Of a DNA stretch of 64,000 nucleotides, positions 20,909 to 31,244 are shown in pieces. The number at the start of each line of letters is the position of its first letter. The stretch's first letter is position 1. Below the pieces are notes generated by a model. It saw only the letters and a program-made list of their open reading frames with translations, had not been told where the DNA came from and searched no databases. Where the stretch lies: positions 248,001-312,000 of the IMG/VR virus record IMGVR_UViG_3300024999_000029; one strand, written 5' to 3'. A program made the position numbers and the translations under genes.

Positions 20909-23884
20909 GTGATGGTAGACATGAAAATAATTAATGGTAGATTGTATTCACGTCTACCTAATAATACAAACAAATCATTAATAAACAATGGTTTATTATA
21001 TACATATATTTGGAACACAATTAAAATAGTATCTATTTTTATACAAACAAATAGAAATGTCACAGAATCAACATCGTTTTTAAAACAAACATTTAGATGG
21101 ATGGCTGATAGCTTTAAAGGTAAAACTATCAGAAAACTTATTCAGTCTATATCAAATACAAATCAAACTAACAGAGTTGTTAATACAACATCAGACACTT
21201 CGAGACAAACACGTAGGAATAATGTGAGTTTAATCACACTTTTTGGTAGTACTTTTAGGAAAATAACACAGTTAATTTCAAGTGGATATCAAACTATAAA
21301 AAACAACAATAAATTAATTAGTAGTTTATATCAAACATATCGTAAAATTCCATATATATTCAAAGGAAAAACAATAAGGAAACTAGAACAATCTATATTA
21401 ATATTAACTCAGACATACCGTAAAATTCCCGATATTTTTTTGGGTGATACAATAAGAAAACTAACACAATTGAATTCATCTTTATTTCAAACTAATAAAA
21501 ATATAAATAAAACGTCTATAAATTTATCTCAATCTGAACGCAATATTATAGGATTGATTAGTAATAAAATACAAAATAATAGAGTTATTATTAAATTGAA
21601 TTATGTTAGTAGTCAAATAAAAAGAAACATTATAGAATTAAGTGCATCAATAAAGCAGACATATAGAAAGATTAATAATATGTTTGTGCTTAATACGCAA
21701 ACAAGTAGAAAAATTAATAGTATATCTATTTTTTATGTTCAAACAAATAAAAAAATATATAAATTAATTAGTGCGCTTCATCAATCCGTAAGACATAATA
21801 TGATTATAGTTTATTGTATTAATCAAATTAAAAGGGATGTAAATAAATTATATTTTATTAATAAGCAGATAAAAAGAAATATCATCCAACAAATTGATGC
21901 TATTATTCAATCTAAGAGAAATATTAATAAAATTATCATTATTATGAATCAATTAAATAGAAATGTTGAATTATTTAAAGTATTATTAAAACAAACTTAT
22001 AGAAAAATAACATTATTAGTTTTACATAAATATCAAACTATAAAAACTAATAACAAGTTAATCAGTATATTAAAACAAACCTATAGAAAAATACCAGATG
22101 TATTTTTAGGTGATACAATCAGAAAGTTAACAAAATCAAGCTTAGTTTTATTTCAAACAAGCAAAGATATTAAAAAGACTTTTATAATTTCTAATCAAAC
22201 CAAGCAAAACATTATAGAATTAATTAGAAATAATATACAAAATGGTAGATTTATTATTGATAAAGTAAGCATTAGCAAACAAACTAAGCGTAATATTACT
22301 AAGTTAATAAGTACAAGTACAGTTAGTGTATATGGACAACTAATTCGTAAGATTAATGGATTGGTTAATTATTTTGGTCAGAGTAAACGTAATATTTTGA
22401 GCGTTGTATATTCTTATTGGCAGACTAAAAGAAATAATGGTTTATTTAGTTATTATGCTGCTCAAAGTAAGAGAAATGTTATTAAAATAGTAGATTATAT
22501 TAATCAAACAAATAGAATATTAAATAAGATTACTATTATTAATAAACAATTATTTAGAAATATTTATAATTTAACATTAATTATTAAACAAAGTAATAGA
22601 AAAACTATTTTGACTACTTATTTTAATAAACAAATTAATAGGATAATTAATCAATTAATAAGTTGTAATAGTCAAACTAAACGAAATATAAACAAAAGTG
22701 TCGATTATATTATTCAAACAAATAGAAGTATTATAAAGTTTTTATTAGAAATTTCTATTCAAACTAAGAAATTAGTTGTAGTTAAAGTTGAATCCTTAAA
22801 ACAAACTAAACGAAGTATTACTAGACTAATAAGTAATTATGAAACTACAAAGGTATCTATTCAGATTGCTAGAAAAATGGAACTATTAGTTTCACATATT
22901 GGACAGAACAAGCGAAATATTGTTAAATTGTTTAGTCGTATAAAACAGAGTGCCAGAGATATTATAAAAATATCTTATATTAATGTGCAGTCAAGAAGAA
23001 ATATAATTAGATTTGATGAATATTTAAAACAGATCGGAAGGAATGTTATAAAATTAACTGTTTTTATAAAACAGAATTATCGTAAAATATTCAAATTAGA
23101 ATCTATTATAAGCGGAAGCAAACGAGACATAATTAAGTTAGTTAAATATGATGCTCAATCAAATAAAGATATCAGAAAAATAGTATCAGATTATTATACT
23201 CAAATTAAGCGTAATACTATTGAATTGATAAGTTTTAAAAATCAGACTAATATAAAAATTAATAAGATTTCGAGTTACATTACACAAACCAAGAGAAATG
23301 TAAACGAATTTATTATTTCTACCATTCAAACAAATAGAGATATTATAAAAATTTTATTAATTTCTGTTCATTTAAAAAGGAATATTTTAAAAATTATTTA
23401 TATTAGTAAGCAAATAAAGAGAAATATTATTGTATTAATTAGTACTGATGCGGTTGTTGAGGCATTTATTCAATTGATTAGGAAAATTAATAAGATAGGA
23501 TTTAATGTAGTACAAAGTAAACGAAATATTATTAAATTATATGATATTAATAAACAAGTAAAAACTAATATAAATAAATTACAAAGTTTTATTCGACAAC
23601 AAAGAAGAGATATTGTTTTATTAGTGATGACTAAATATCAAAACAAAAGAAATGTTTTATTATTAGTTAAAATTTTAAAACAAAGTAAGAGTAATATACT
23701 AAAACTAATATCCCCTATTCGTCAATTAATCAGAAAGCTTATAACTATATGGGATGTATTTGATTTTGATTTGTTTGATGCAGTAGAGTTGGAGTTAGAT
23801 TTTTATATTGAAGAATTGAAGTTGGATTTATATGTGGCTGAAATGCCTCTCGATTTTGAGATTGAGGAGGTTAAGAAATTATGA
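20909..23884 (+). CDS. 991-aa basic protein of about 65 tandem 14-aa repeats (Q-T/S-x-R-x-I)
   Basis: Clear 14-residue periodicity from about aa 45 to 945; abruptly acidic C-terminal tail. Confidence 0.7.
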   Translation: MMVDMKIINGRLYSRLPNNTNKSLINNGLLYTYIWNTIKIVSIFIQTNRNVTESTSFLKQTFRWMADSFKGKTIRKLIQSISNTNQTNRVVNTTSDTSRQTRRNNVSLITLFGSTFRKITQLISSGYQTIKNNNKLISSLYQTYRKIPYIFKGKTIRKLEQSILILTQTYRKIPDIFLGDTIRKLTQLNSSLFQTNKNINKTSINLSQSERNIIGLISNKIQNNRVIIKLNYVSSQIKRNIIELSASIKQTYRKINNMFVLNTQTSRKINSISIFYVQTNKKIYKLISALHQSVRHNMIIVYCINQIKRDVNKLYFINKQIKRNIIQQIDAIIQSKRNINKIIIIMNQLNRNVELFKVLLKQTYRKITLLVLHKYQTIKTNNKLISILKQTYRKIPDVFLGDTIRKLTKSSLVLFQTSKDIKKTFIISNQTKQNIIELIRNNIQNGRFIIDKVSISKQTKRNITKLISTSTVSVYGQLIRKINGLVNYFGQSKRNILSVVYSYWQTKRNNGLFSYYAAQSKRNVIKIVDYINQTNRILNKITIINKQLFRNIYNLTLIIKQSNRKTILTTYFNKQINRIINQLISCNSQTKRNINKSVDYIIQTNRSIIKFLLEISIQTKKLVVVKVESLKQTKRSITRLISNYETTKVSIQIARKMELLVSHIGQNKRNIVKLFSRIKQSARDIIKISYINVQSRRNIIRFDEYLKQIGRNVIKLTVFIKQNYRKIFKLESIISGSKRDIIKLVKYDAQSNKDIRKIVSDYYTQIKRNTIELISFKNQTNIKINKISSYITQTKRNVNEFIISTIQTNRDIIKILLISVHLKRNILKIIYISKQIKRNIIVLISTDAVVEAFIQLIRKINKIGFNVVQSKRNIIKLYDINKQVKTNINKLQSFIRQQRRDIVLLVMTKYQNKRNVLLLVKILKQSKSNILKLISPIRQLIRKLITIWDVFDFDLFDAVELELDFYIEELKLDLYVAEMPLDFEIEEVKKL

Positions 23885-24171
23885 TAGAACTTTATAAAGG
23901 TGAAAAGCGTTTATGTGGTATGAAAATTTCTTCTAGAAGTGGTAAAATCTTTACGATAGAGAGTGTTTCATGTAAAGTGGTTGACAATGCAGGGATTACT
24001 ATTCAAGAAGAGGAAGAAGGAATAGTTGAAGAACATTCGGTTTTTTGTTTGGTCGATACTACATTGGATGGATATGTTTACAGCAAAGGATATATATTGC
24101 AATTTAGTATTGTTTTAAAGGATGTGCCTAAAATAATCATGGGGAAGTTAAGTATTAAAATAAAGAAATAA
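23881..24171 (+). CDS. Small beta-sandwich (BppU-N-like) structural protein
   Basis: Translationally coupled (ATGA overlap); alternating beta-strand pattern. Confidence 0.4.
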   Translation: MIELYKGEKRLCGMKISSRSGKIFTIESVSCKVVDNAGITIQEEEEGIVEEHSVFCLVDTTLDGYVYSKGYILQFSIVLKDVPKIIMGKLSIKIKK

Positions 24172-24269
24172 TAATCAATATATTTTGAAAGGAATGAAAT
24201 AAATAGTTTTTAGTGGAGAGATTTTTTATTCTCTCCTTTTAATTTAATAGTAAAGGAAGTGAAATAAAT

Positions 24270-25382
24270 TTGGCTTCGATTAAAATATATAAAGATAATC
24301 CTACTGTAGGGCTTCAAGATGGAAGCACAGTTTCAGAAAATGACTTCACTAATCCAGTAGACAGTGGCTTCCTAATTATTCCAGAAACTGGAACAGAAAT
24401 TGGAGAATGGAAAAAATGTGCCTTAAGGTGTAACGAAGGTCTCCAGACGATAAATGACCTGAACAGGAATTGTAGGCTGGCATTAGAAGGATCAAAATCT
24501 AACTGCTGGCAATTAGCTCCTGATAATTTGGGAGTAGTTGGTACTCCATCAGATTGGGGGCAACCACTCGATATAGCTTCAGATAAAATTTATGATAAAA
24601 ATTATATTTTTCATATCAGAGCTTGTACTGATGTTGGTGATGTTGTAGAGAATGACAAAACTACAAAACTGACAGCACAAGCACTAGTAGGCTTACCTTG
24701 GATTTTAGACATTAATGATATGCTTGCTGCCGAGAATGTAGGAGAGGTGTTTTCAAGTATATTCACAATACCAGAAGATTGTATTATATATGCGTCAAAT
24801 GTAGATGCTGCCAATCCAGAGTATGTTCTTAATTACATTATAAATGGCGTTGAGTTAACAATAGGACATATGGGAGGCACTACTTTTGAATGGATTCATC
24901 AAGCATTAAGTGTTTCTAAAAATTCAACCTTCCAGATACGTATACATGGAATTTTTGCGAATGAAGCTGAAGGTAATTTAAAGCTATTTTTAAATAATGA
25001 AAATGGAAAAGAATTGGCTTTTTTTTATTGGCATATTAATCAAGCTTGTTACCTTACTACTGCGTGTGTTCAGTATAAAGGATTGGAAGATAATTGCTCT
25101 GAGTTAACTGCGATGAGATTATTAAGAGAACATTATATTGATGATTTAGGCTATAGGGATTTGATTAGTGAATATTATCAATTAGCTTCGCAAATTATAG
25201 AAGCAATAAATGCGGAAGATGATCCTAGCTTGGTTTACGAGCAAATTTATCAGAGTGTTAAGATATGTGAAAGTGCAGTTAATAATGAAGAATGGCAAGT
25301 TGCTAGAGATGAATATTTGAGTATGTATTATGAGTTGGCAGAGACTTATATTGATGGTTATGTTAGGTTGATGCCTTTGTAA
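24270..25382 (+). CDS. Modular protein: domain A + domain B + CFI-box-CTERM-like domain
   Basis: C-terminal CYLTTACV...C.EL..MRLLREHY motif; A and B shared with neighbours. Confidence 0.7.
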   Translation: MASIKIYKDNPTVGLQDGSTVSENDFTNPVDSGFLIIPETGTEIGEWKKCALRCNEGLQTINDLNRNCRLALEGSKSNCWQLAPDNLGVVGTPSDWGQPLDIASDKIYDKNYIFHIRACTDVGDVVENDKTTKLTAQALVGLPWILDINDMLAAENVGEVFSSIFTIPEDCIIYASNVDAANPEYVLNYIINGVELTIGHMGGTTFEWIHQALSVSKNSTFQIRIHGIFANEAEGNLKLFLNNENGKELAFFYWHINQACYLTTACVQYKGLEDNCSELTAMRLLREHYIDDLGYRDLISEYYQLASQIIEAINAEDDPSLVYEQIYQSVKICESAVNNEEWQVARDEYLSMYYELAETYIDGYVRLMPL

Positions 25383-25401
25383 TGAAAGGAATGAGATAAA
25401 T

Positions 25402-26166
25402 TTGGCTTTTAAAATTTCTATATATAAAGGAGCCGTTGTAGCAGGGGATCAATCTGGGACTGTAATTTCGGAATTAGATTGGACAAATGCTTTAGATTCT
25501 GGTTACTTGCTAATTCCTGAGACTAATCCAAGCTATACAGAAGGAGATTGGATTCGTTTAGGAATTCGTTGTGAATCAGGACACCAGACGGTAGAAGATT
25601 TGTCTAGACATGTTAGAATTTCGCTTGACGGGTCTAATTCTTCTTATTGGCAATTAGCAGCGGACAATGGCTCTGGCTCACCTAGCACACCCGTTGAATG
25701 GAATCAACCTCTTGATATAACAACTGTAGTTACAGATGTAAATACTTTATTCCATGTTAGAGCTAGATGTGCGGATACTGAAATTGTACAGAATGATAAA
25801 ACTTGTGAAATTATGGCACAGGCTTTGGTAGGAGAAGTTCCGGGATGGACTATGCAGTTTGATGATGTGACTTTCGCTGCTGCTACATCTAATTATTGTG
25901 GTCAAGATACAGTACTAGAGGATTGTATGATATATATTTATTTTACTGGAACTATTGTTCCAAGTTATATACAAGTTATGAAGAATGGTTCGCCATGGGG
26001 TGGATATAGTGCTGGTAGTTGGATAAATAGACCTTTTAGTTTTGTGTCAGGGGATGTATTATTGTTTTCGGCAGGAGCAAATACTCCGGGTTATTTTGAT
26101 ATTATAATGCGTTTAGACGATGAAAATGGAAGAATAATTTCTAGTTTTAGATATACAGCTACGTAA
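25402..26166 (+). CDS. Modular protein: domain A + domain B
   Basis: Internal paralogy with 24270 and 26201 (EDC.IY..FTG, RLDDENGR). Confidence 0.65.
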   Translation: MAFKISIYKGAVVAGDQSGTVISELDWTNALDSGYLLIPETNPSYTEGDWIRLGIRCESGHQTVEDLSRHVRISLDGSNSSYWQLAADNGSGSPSTPVEWNQPLDITTVVTDVNTLFHVRARCADTEIVQNDKTCEIMAQALVGEVPGWTMQFDDVTFAAATSNYCGQDTVLEDCMIYIYFTGTIVPSYIQVMKNGSPWGGYSAGSWINRPFSFVSGDVLLFSAGANTPGYFDIIMRLDDENGRIISSFRYTAT

Positions 26167-26200
26167 TTAGTTATAAAATATTGAAAGGGGTGAAATAAAT

Positions 26201-27277
26201 TTGGCTTATCATATAGCGATATATAAAGACAATCCAGTTACAGGAAATCAATCAGGAACAATAGTTTCAGAGAATGACTGGACTAATGCCGTTAATTCAA
26301 ATTATATATCCATTCCCGAATCTTCGTTTACTTCTGGCGAATGGATAAAACTTGCCGTTAGGATACCAGAATCTGGAGCACAAACCATATTTGATTCAGG
26401 AAGACATTGTAGGATAAGTTTAGAAGGTGTAGGAAATACAAATTGGCAATTAGCAGATGATGACGGTAGTGGAAATCCAAGTGGTACACCAATGGATTGG
26501 GGATTACCTTTAGACATAATCGAAATGATAACTGATAGTAATAAATTGTTTCATATTCGTGCTAAAGCAAATTCTGGTGAAAATGTAATGAACGAAACAA
26601 CTATGGAGATAATCGCAGAAGCTTTAGTTGGCACTGCTCCACCTTGGACATTAGATTTCAATGATATGACTTACAATTCTGAAACAGGTCATTTTACTAA
26701 CATCGTAACTGTACCAGAAGATTGTGTGATATATATTGATTTTACTGGAACTACAACTCCTGATTATTTAACTGTATATATAAATGATTTCGACACAGGT
26801 GGATATTCTAGTAGTGCGTGGACTCCGAGACTTTTCAATTTAACACAGAATGATACATTAAAATTTGAAATTAAATTGTTGGATACTGGATATTCAGATA
26901 TTACAATACGTTTAGATGATGAAAATGGAAGATTAGTTTCTGATTTTAAATACACAGATACAGGATGGGTTTTAAATTTTGGTAGTAATCTTACATTTGC
27001 CGATCAATATACAGACCATGTTACTATACCAGAAGCATGTCGTTTACATTTTTCGTTTACGGGAACATCAACAAATCAAATAAGTGGATTTGTAAATGAA
27101 CAAGAATATTATATATGGAATTCAAATAGTTGGTGGTGGTATTATTTAGATTTTAATGCAGGTGATGATTTCTACATGTGGATTAATCCGAATACTGGTT
27201 CATCAGGAACTTTGTATGTAAGGGAAACGGATGTTAATGGAAGAATTATAGGAACGGTTGATTATTCTTATAATTAA
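26201..27277 (+). CDS. Modular protein: domain A + two domain B copies
   Basis: Two PE.C...FTG...GR.I units after the shared N-terminal domain. Confidence 0.65.
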   Translation: MAYHIAIYKDNPVTGNQSGTIVSENDWTNAVNSNYISIPESSFTSGEWIKLAVRIPESGAQTIFDSGRHCRISLEGVGNTNWQLADDDGSGNPSGTPMDWGLPLDIIEMITDSNKLFHIRAKANSGENVMNETTMEIIAEALVGTAPPWTLDFNDMTYNSETGHFTNIVTVPEDCVIYIDFTGTTTPDYLTVYINDFDTGGYSSSAWTPRLFNLTQNDTLKFEIKLLDTGYSDITIRLDDENGRLVSDFKYTDTGWVLNFGSNLTFADQYTDHVTIPEACRLHFSFTGTSTNQISGFVNEQEYYIWNSNSWWWYYLDFNAGDDFYMWINPNTGSSGTLYVRETDVNGRIIGTVDYSYN

Positions 27278-27304
27278 AATAAAATAATGAAAGGAATGAT
27301 ATAA

Positions 27305-27715
27305 ATGGCTTTAATTAATCTTTATGGAAATAATCCGGTGGCAGGAGATACATCGGGTACTTTAATTTCAAGTGGAACAGGAGTTACGCCAATAGATACT
27401 GGGTTTATTAAGATATTATCAACTGGGGAGCAGGTGGATGACTGGATTTCAATTTGCATCAGGACAGACTCAGGTTATAAGACTATTGAAGAAAATAGTA
27501 GACATTGTAGAGTAAGTATTATCGGTTCTTTGAACTGGCAGTTGGCTTTAGATACTGGTTCGCCTCTATCATGGGGCGATCCTTTGGATATTTTAACAGA
27601 AATAGGTTCGGTAAACACTTTGTTCTATATCCGTGCAAAATCTTTGAGCACAGAAACGCCGATCAACGATGACACAGTGGACATACAGTTATCTGCGACC
27701 ATAGGTGCTGTTTAA
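27305..27715 (+). CDS. Stand-alone domain A protein
   Basis: NP.AGD.SGT.IS, RHCR.S and WG.PLDI shared with paralogs. Confidence 0.65.
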   Translation: MALINLYGNNPVAGDTSGTLISSGTGVTPIDTGFIKILSTGEQVDDWISICIRTDSGYKTIEENSRHCRVSIIGSLNWQLALDTGSPLSWGDPLDILTEIGSVNTLFYIRAKSLSTETPINDDTVDIQLSATIGAV

Positions 27716-27733
27716 AAAAGGAGTTGATATAAT

Positions 27734-28513
27734 ATGTCAGTCATCACGACCTCAATTCCAACAAACATAGCAAAAACATCTATAAGTTTTCATGGCAATG
27801 CAGTAATTTGGACATTGCCATTTGATGGTGTTAATCAGCCTGGTGTAGAAATTGATGATTTAATTACTAATACATTAACAATTCCTGGTAATTGCGTATT
27901 GTACATGGAACTTACAGGCAATTCTGGTTTTGTTACTTGGTTTAAAAATAATGAAGATACTTGGGCTTATGGCCCATATCAAGAAGATCCAGAAGATCCA
28001 GAATCTCCTGTCATATGGATATGGTACAACCAAACATTTTCATTAAATGAAAATGATACATTAGCTATAAAAGTAGCTAACTTTCTTGGTGGGCCGATGG
28101 ATGGTGATATTACTATTAAATTAAATACTGTGTCTGGTCGTACATTATCTCAATTCCATTTTGCTGCAGAAGGATCTTGCTATCTTACTACTGCATGTGT
28201 TGAATACAAAGGATTAGAGGATGATTGTTCTGAATTAACATCAATGCGTTTATTGAGAGAACATTATATTGATGAACCAGAATATATCGCATTAATTTCA
28301 GAGTATAACCAATTATCAAGACAGATTATCAACATGGTAAATCAAGAAATAAATCCAGATATAATTTATGAGCAGATATATCAGAGTGTAAAAATATGTG
28401 AAACTGCAATAAATAATGAAGATTGGCAGACTGCTAGGGATGAGTATTTAGGTATGTATTATCAATTAGCAGAAACTTATATACCTAATTATGTTAGATT
28501 AATGCCTTTATGA
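27734..28513 (+). CDS. Modular protein: domain B + CFI-box-CTERM-like domain
   Basis: C-terminal 111 aa nearly identical to those of 24270-25382, both ending YVRLMPL. Confidence 0.7.
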   Translation: MSVITTSIPTNIAKTSISFHGNAVIWTLPFDGVNQPGVEIDDLITNTLTIPGNCVLYMELTGNSGFVTWFKNNEDTWAYGPYQEDPEDPESPVIWIWYNQTFSLNENDTLAIKVANFLGGPMDGDITIKLNTVSGRTLSQFHFAAEGSCYLTTACVEYKGLEDDCSELTSMRLLREHYIDEPEYIALISEYNQLSRQIINMVNQEINPDIIYEQIYQSVKICETAINNEDWQTARDEYLGMYYQLAETYIPNYVRLMPL

Positions 28514-28528
28514 AAGGCGGTGAAATAA

Positions 28529-29512
28529 TTGGCAACAGAAGTATATTTTGAGTATAAAAAATCTACAGATTCAACATGGACAGAAACTACTAAACAAACA
28601 ATAACTACAACTCAAGATTATGATTTAGATGTATCAACTTTAGATATGGGAACTATATATGAATGTCGTGCAGTTGTAAACGATGATGGTTGTGTTAATA
28701 GTGGTGCAACAATGACCTTTTTTACATGGTCGGAAGAGGTTAATAATTTTGATTCATTGAGAAAGTTATTATTAGATGATATTTTTAATGGCGACACATT
28801 AAGACAACTTTTACTAGATGATATTACAAACTTTGATACTCTTAGAAAAATTGCTTATGGTGGTTATTTTAGTGGGAAAACGTATCGTAGTATTGTCAAA
28901 TATTATGAAGAATTATTTGATTCGTTGAGAGAGTTGGTAATAGATGATAATATTAATTTTGATTTATTAAGAGTATTGATTTTATCTGAAACCGTTGATT
29001 TTGATAGTTTGAGACAATTGATCGTGGAAGATAGTAGTGATTTTGATACGTTAAGACAATTAGTAGTAGAAGATTCTCAATTGTTTGATACATTACGCAA
29101 ATTAATTGATGATAGTGGATTTTCTACTGGTTTACTTAGAATTCTTAGGTCTGCAACTGTCGAAGAAGATGAAGATGAAGGAATGGAGAATTGCTATGTA
29201 TTTTTCAAAGATGCAGAATTAGCTATTTTAGGTAATTCGCTTGATGTGTCTGGTTTTAGCGATTTCAATCTTGAATTATCATCCAAGTTTGGTTCAAGTT
29301 TTGAATCTATTATTGAAGGGAAAATCGATCAAAATTGGTATGAAATACAAAGTATAAAAAAGGACGATTTGTCTCTTATTGGCAAACCTAGTATTGTTGG
29401 GTTTTATTTAATTGATTTAACAGGTTTAAAGTTTATAAGATGTTCGTTAAATTCCGCATTATTTGATGAAATAACGGCAAGAGGTCATTTGTCTAAAGAA
29501 AGAGATTTTTAA
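28529..29512 (+). CDS. FN3-like domain + ten acidic 14-aa repeats (F-D-T/S-L-R-x-L) + jelly-roll-like C-terminus
   Basis: VYFEYKK...TIYECRAVV FN3 pattern; 14-aa periodic FDSLR/FDTLR; C-terminus resembles the next ORF. Confidence 0.65.
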   Translation: MATEVYFEYKKSTDSTWTETTKQTITTTQDYDLDVSTLDMGTIYECRAVVNDDGCVNSGATMTFFTWSEEVNNFDSLRKLLLDDIFNGDTLRQLLLDDITNFDTLRKIAYGGYFSGKTYRSIVKYYEELFDSLRELVIDDNINFDLLRVLILSETVDFDSLRQLIVEDSSDFDTLRQLVVEDSQLFDTLRKLIDDSGFSTGLLRILRSATVEEDEDEGMENCYVFFKDAELAILGNSLDVSGFSDFNLELSSKFGSSFESIIEGKIDQNWYEIQSIKKDDLSLIGKPSIVGFYLIDLTGLKFIRCSLNSALFDEITARGHLSKERDF

Positions 29513-29529
29513 AGGTAGGTGAATATAAA

Positions 29530-29859
29530 TTGAGTAATTTTCCAATTAAAATGCATACGTTTTATGACAATGTAAGTGTTAGTGGTAATGGAAACGAGTT
29601 AATAGTAGAGAGCGGAATTCAGGTTATAAATGTGGAATTCTCTGGAAACGCTGTATTTTCATCGTTGCTAGAAGGTTCGTTAGATGGGGATGAATGGCAT
29701 AGTATAATGGGGATTAATCTTACTTCTCTAGCAACATCTATAAATGTAATATCTAATGGATTATATCAAATTGATCTTACTGGCTTCCATCGTTTTAGAA
29801 TATCTGTAAATAGTTTAACATCTGGAAATTTAACAGTTATAGGATTAGCAGTTAACTAA
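29530..29859 (+). CDS. Small beta-rich structural protein
   Basis: EGSLDG..W..I...G.Y.IDLTG...R pattern shared with the C-terminus of 28529-29512. Confidence 0.55.
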   Translation: MSNFPIKMHTFYDNVSVSGNGNELIVESGIQVINVEFSGNAVFSSLLEGSLDGDEWHSIMGINLTSLATSINVISNGLYQIDLTGFHRFRISVNSLTSGNLTVIGLAVN

Positions 29860-29889
29860 AAATTTAACATAGAAAGGAATGAAGTAAAT

Positions 29890-31206
29890 GTGTCAAACAC
29901 AAGTTTTGCTAAGTTATTAGCCATAAAAGCACTTAAAGAAGGTGGAGGCAGTGGAACAGAAGGTTATAGTCCATTAACTTTAGAAGAATTTGGTCAAGGA
30001 ATTTTATGGAAAACATATACAACAACACCTTCAAATAATGATTATCGTATTAGAAAGTCAGGAGCGTCTACATTTTGGGAAAAATTTTATGATCCTTTGG
30101 GTGCTACAGCATATGCATGGCATCAAGTATCAAATGTTGAAACATCGGATGTAACACAATCTAATGATGTGCATTATTTATATGTACGAGGGGATGCAGA
30201 TACGGAAGATAGTATTAGATTTATGATTGATAATGGTACTACAAAACTACAAAAATTAGTTAATGCTATTTGGGCGGATTCTTCATTTACTTCTGGTAGT
30301 GCTACTATTAATTTTAGTAATGATGTATCAGTTGGTTCTGTTGGACACCATTTAAATATTTCTTCTAAATCAACAGGTGAAAAATATTTTGCTATACAGA
30401 TACCATTCAATAATGATGGAACAAAAGATATTGGTACTCCAAAATTAGGAGCGAAACTATTTCGTTCAATTGTGCAACCAGATGAATCAAGTGAATGGAT
30501 TGGGACTACGTTACGATATACTAGACCCATTACTTCTCAATTTATATATGACAGAATATATTTTAAAGTGGGTTCTGTAATAGCAACAAAACACATTCGA
30601 ATACGGCTGTATCGTAATATTGAAGACCGTGAACATATGTTTTATGATGAAACATTTAATTATTCTACATTTAGTCCTGTGAATACTGAAATAAGTATTC
30701 CTGCAAAACAAGACGTTTCATATATAAAAGGAATTAATATTATTGCTGTATTTGAAAGTGAAGAACCATTTAGTTTAAAAACAAATGCTGAGGGGACTAT
30801 TCCTTGGATTGCATTAGACCGATGGATTGAACATCATGAATATATTCCTAGTTGGGATACATGGACAGAAAAAGAGTGGAATATTAATGAAGCAATTGTA
30901 CAAGGTGGAATATTGTATATATGTCAACAAGATGGAGAGCAAACTGGAGATTTCCAAACCAACATATCTAAATGGAAATCTTTAGAAGATGTATTGAGTG
31001 GAATTGGTGATAGTGATAATAATGATAGTAAAGATTTAGTTGTGAATTATGGAGTTAGTGGCGGTGCTATTGCTGATGTGTATGGTAGTGATTCGTCAAT
31101 TTTAAATGGTGGTTTATTGAGTGAAAATAATTCAGACTGGCACATTATGAATGGCGGAACGTTAGATAATGACTTTAATTTCCAACTAGACGGGGGTACT
31201 TTCTAA
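29890..31206 (+). CDS. Putative virion appendage protein with CBM5/12-like motif
   Basis: W....W......V..G..Y.C......W pattern near aa 325-365; GG-repeat C-terminus. Confidence 0.45.
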   Translation: MSNTSFAKLLAIKALKEGGGSGTEGYSPLTLEEFGQGILWKTYTTTPSNNDYRIRKSGASTFWEKFYDPLGATAYAWHQVSNVETSDVTQSNDVHYLYVRGDADTEDSIRFMIDNGTTKLQKLVNAIWADSSFTSGSATINFSNDVSVGSVGHHLNISSKSTGEKYFAIQIPFNNDGTKDIGTPKLGAKLFRSIVQPDESSEWIGTTLRYTRPITSQFIYDRIYFKVGSVIATKHIRIRLYRNIEDREHMFYDETFNYSTFSPVNTEISIPAKQDVSYIKGINIIAVFESEEPFSLKTNAEGTIPWIALDRWIEHHEYIPSWDTWTEKEWNINEAIVQGGILYICQQDGEQTGDFQTNISKWKSLEDVLSGIGDSDNNDSKDLVVNYGVSGGAIADVYGSDSSILNGGLLSENNSDWHIMNGGTLDNDFNFQLDGGTF

Positions 31207-31244
31207 TTAAAATATAAAGGAATGAAGTAAAATTTAATATGGTT

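Noticed and set aside
20909-23884. Low-complexity artefact or mis-translated frame
   Set aside because: A 991-codon open frame in very AT-rich DNA, regular 14-aa periodicity and coupling to the next gene argue for a real gene.
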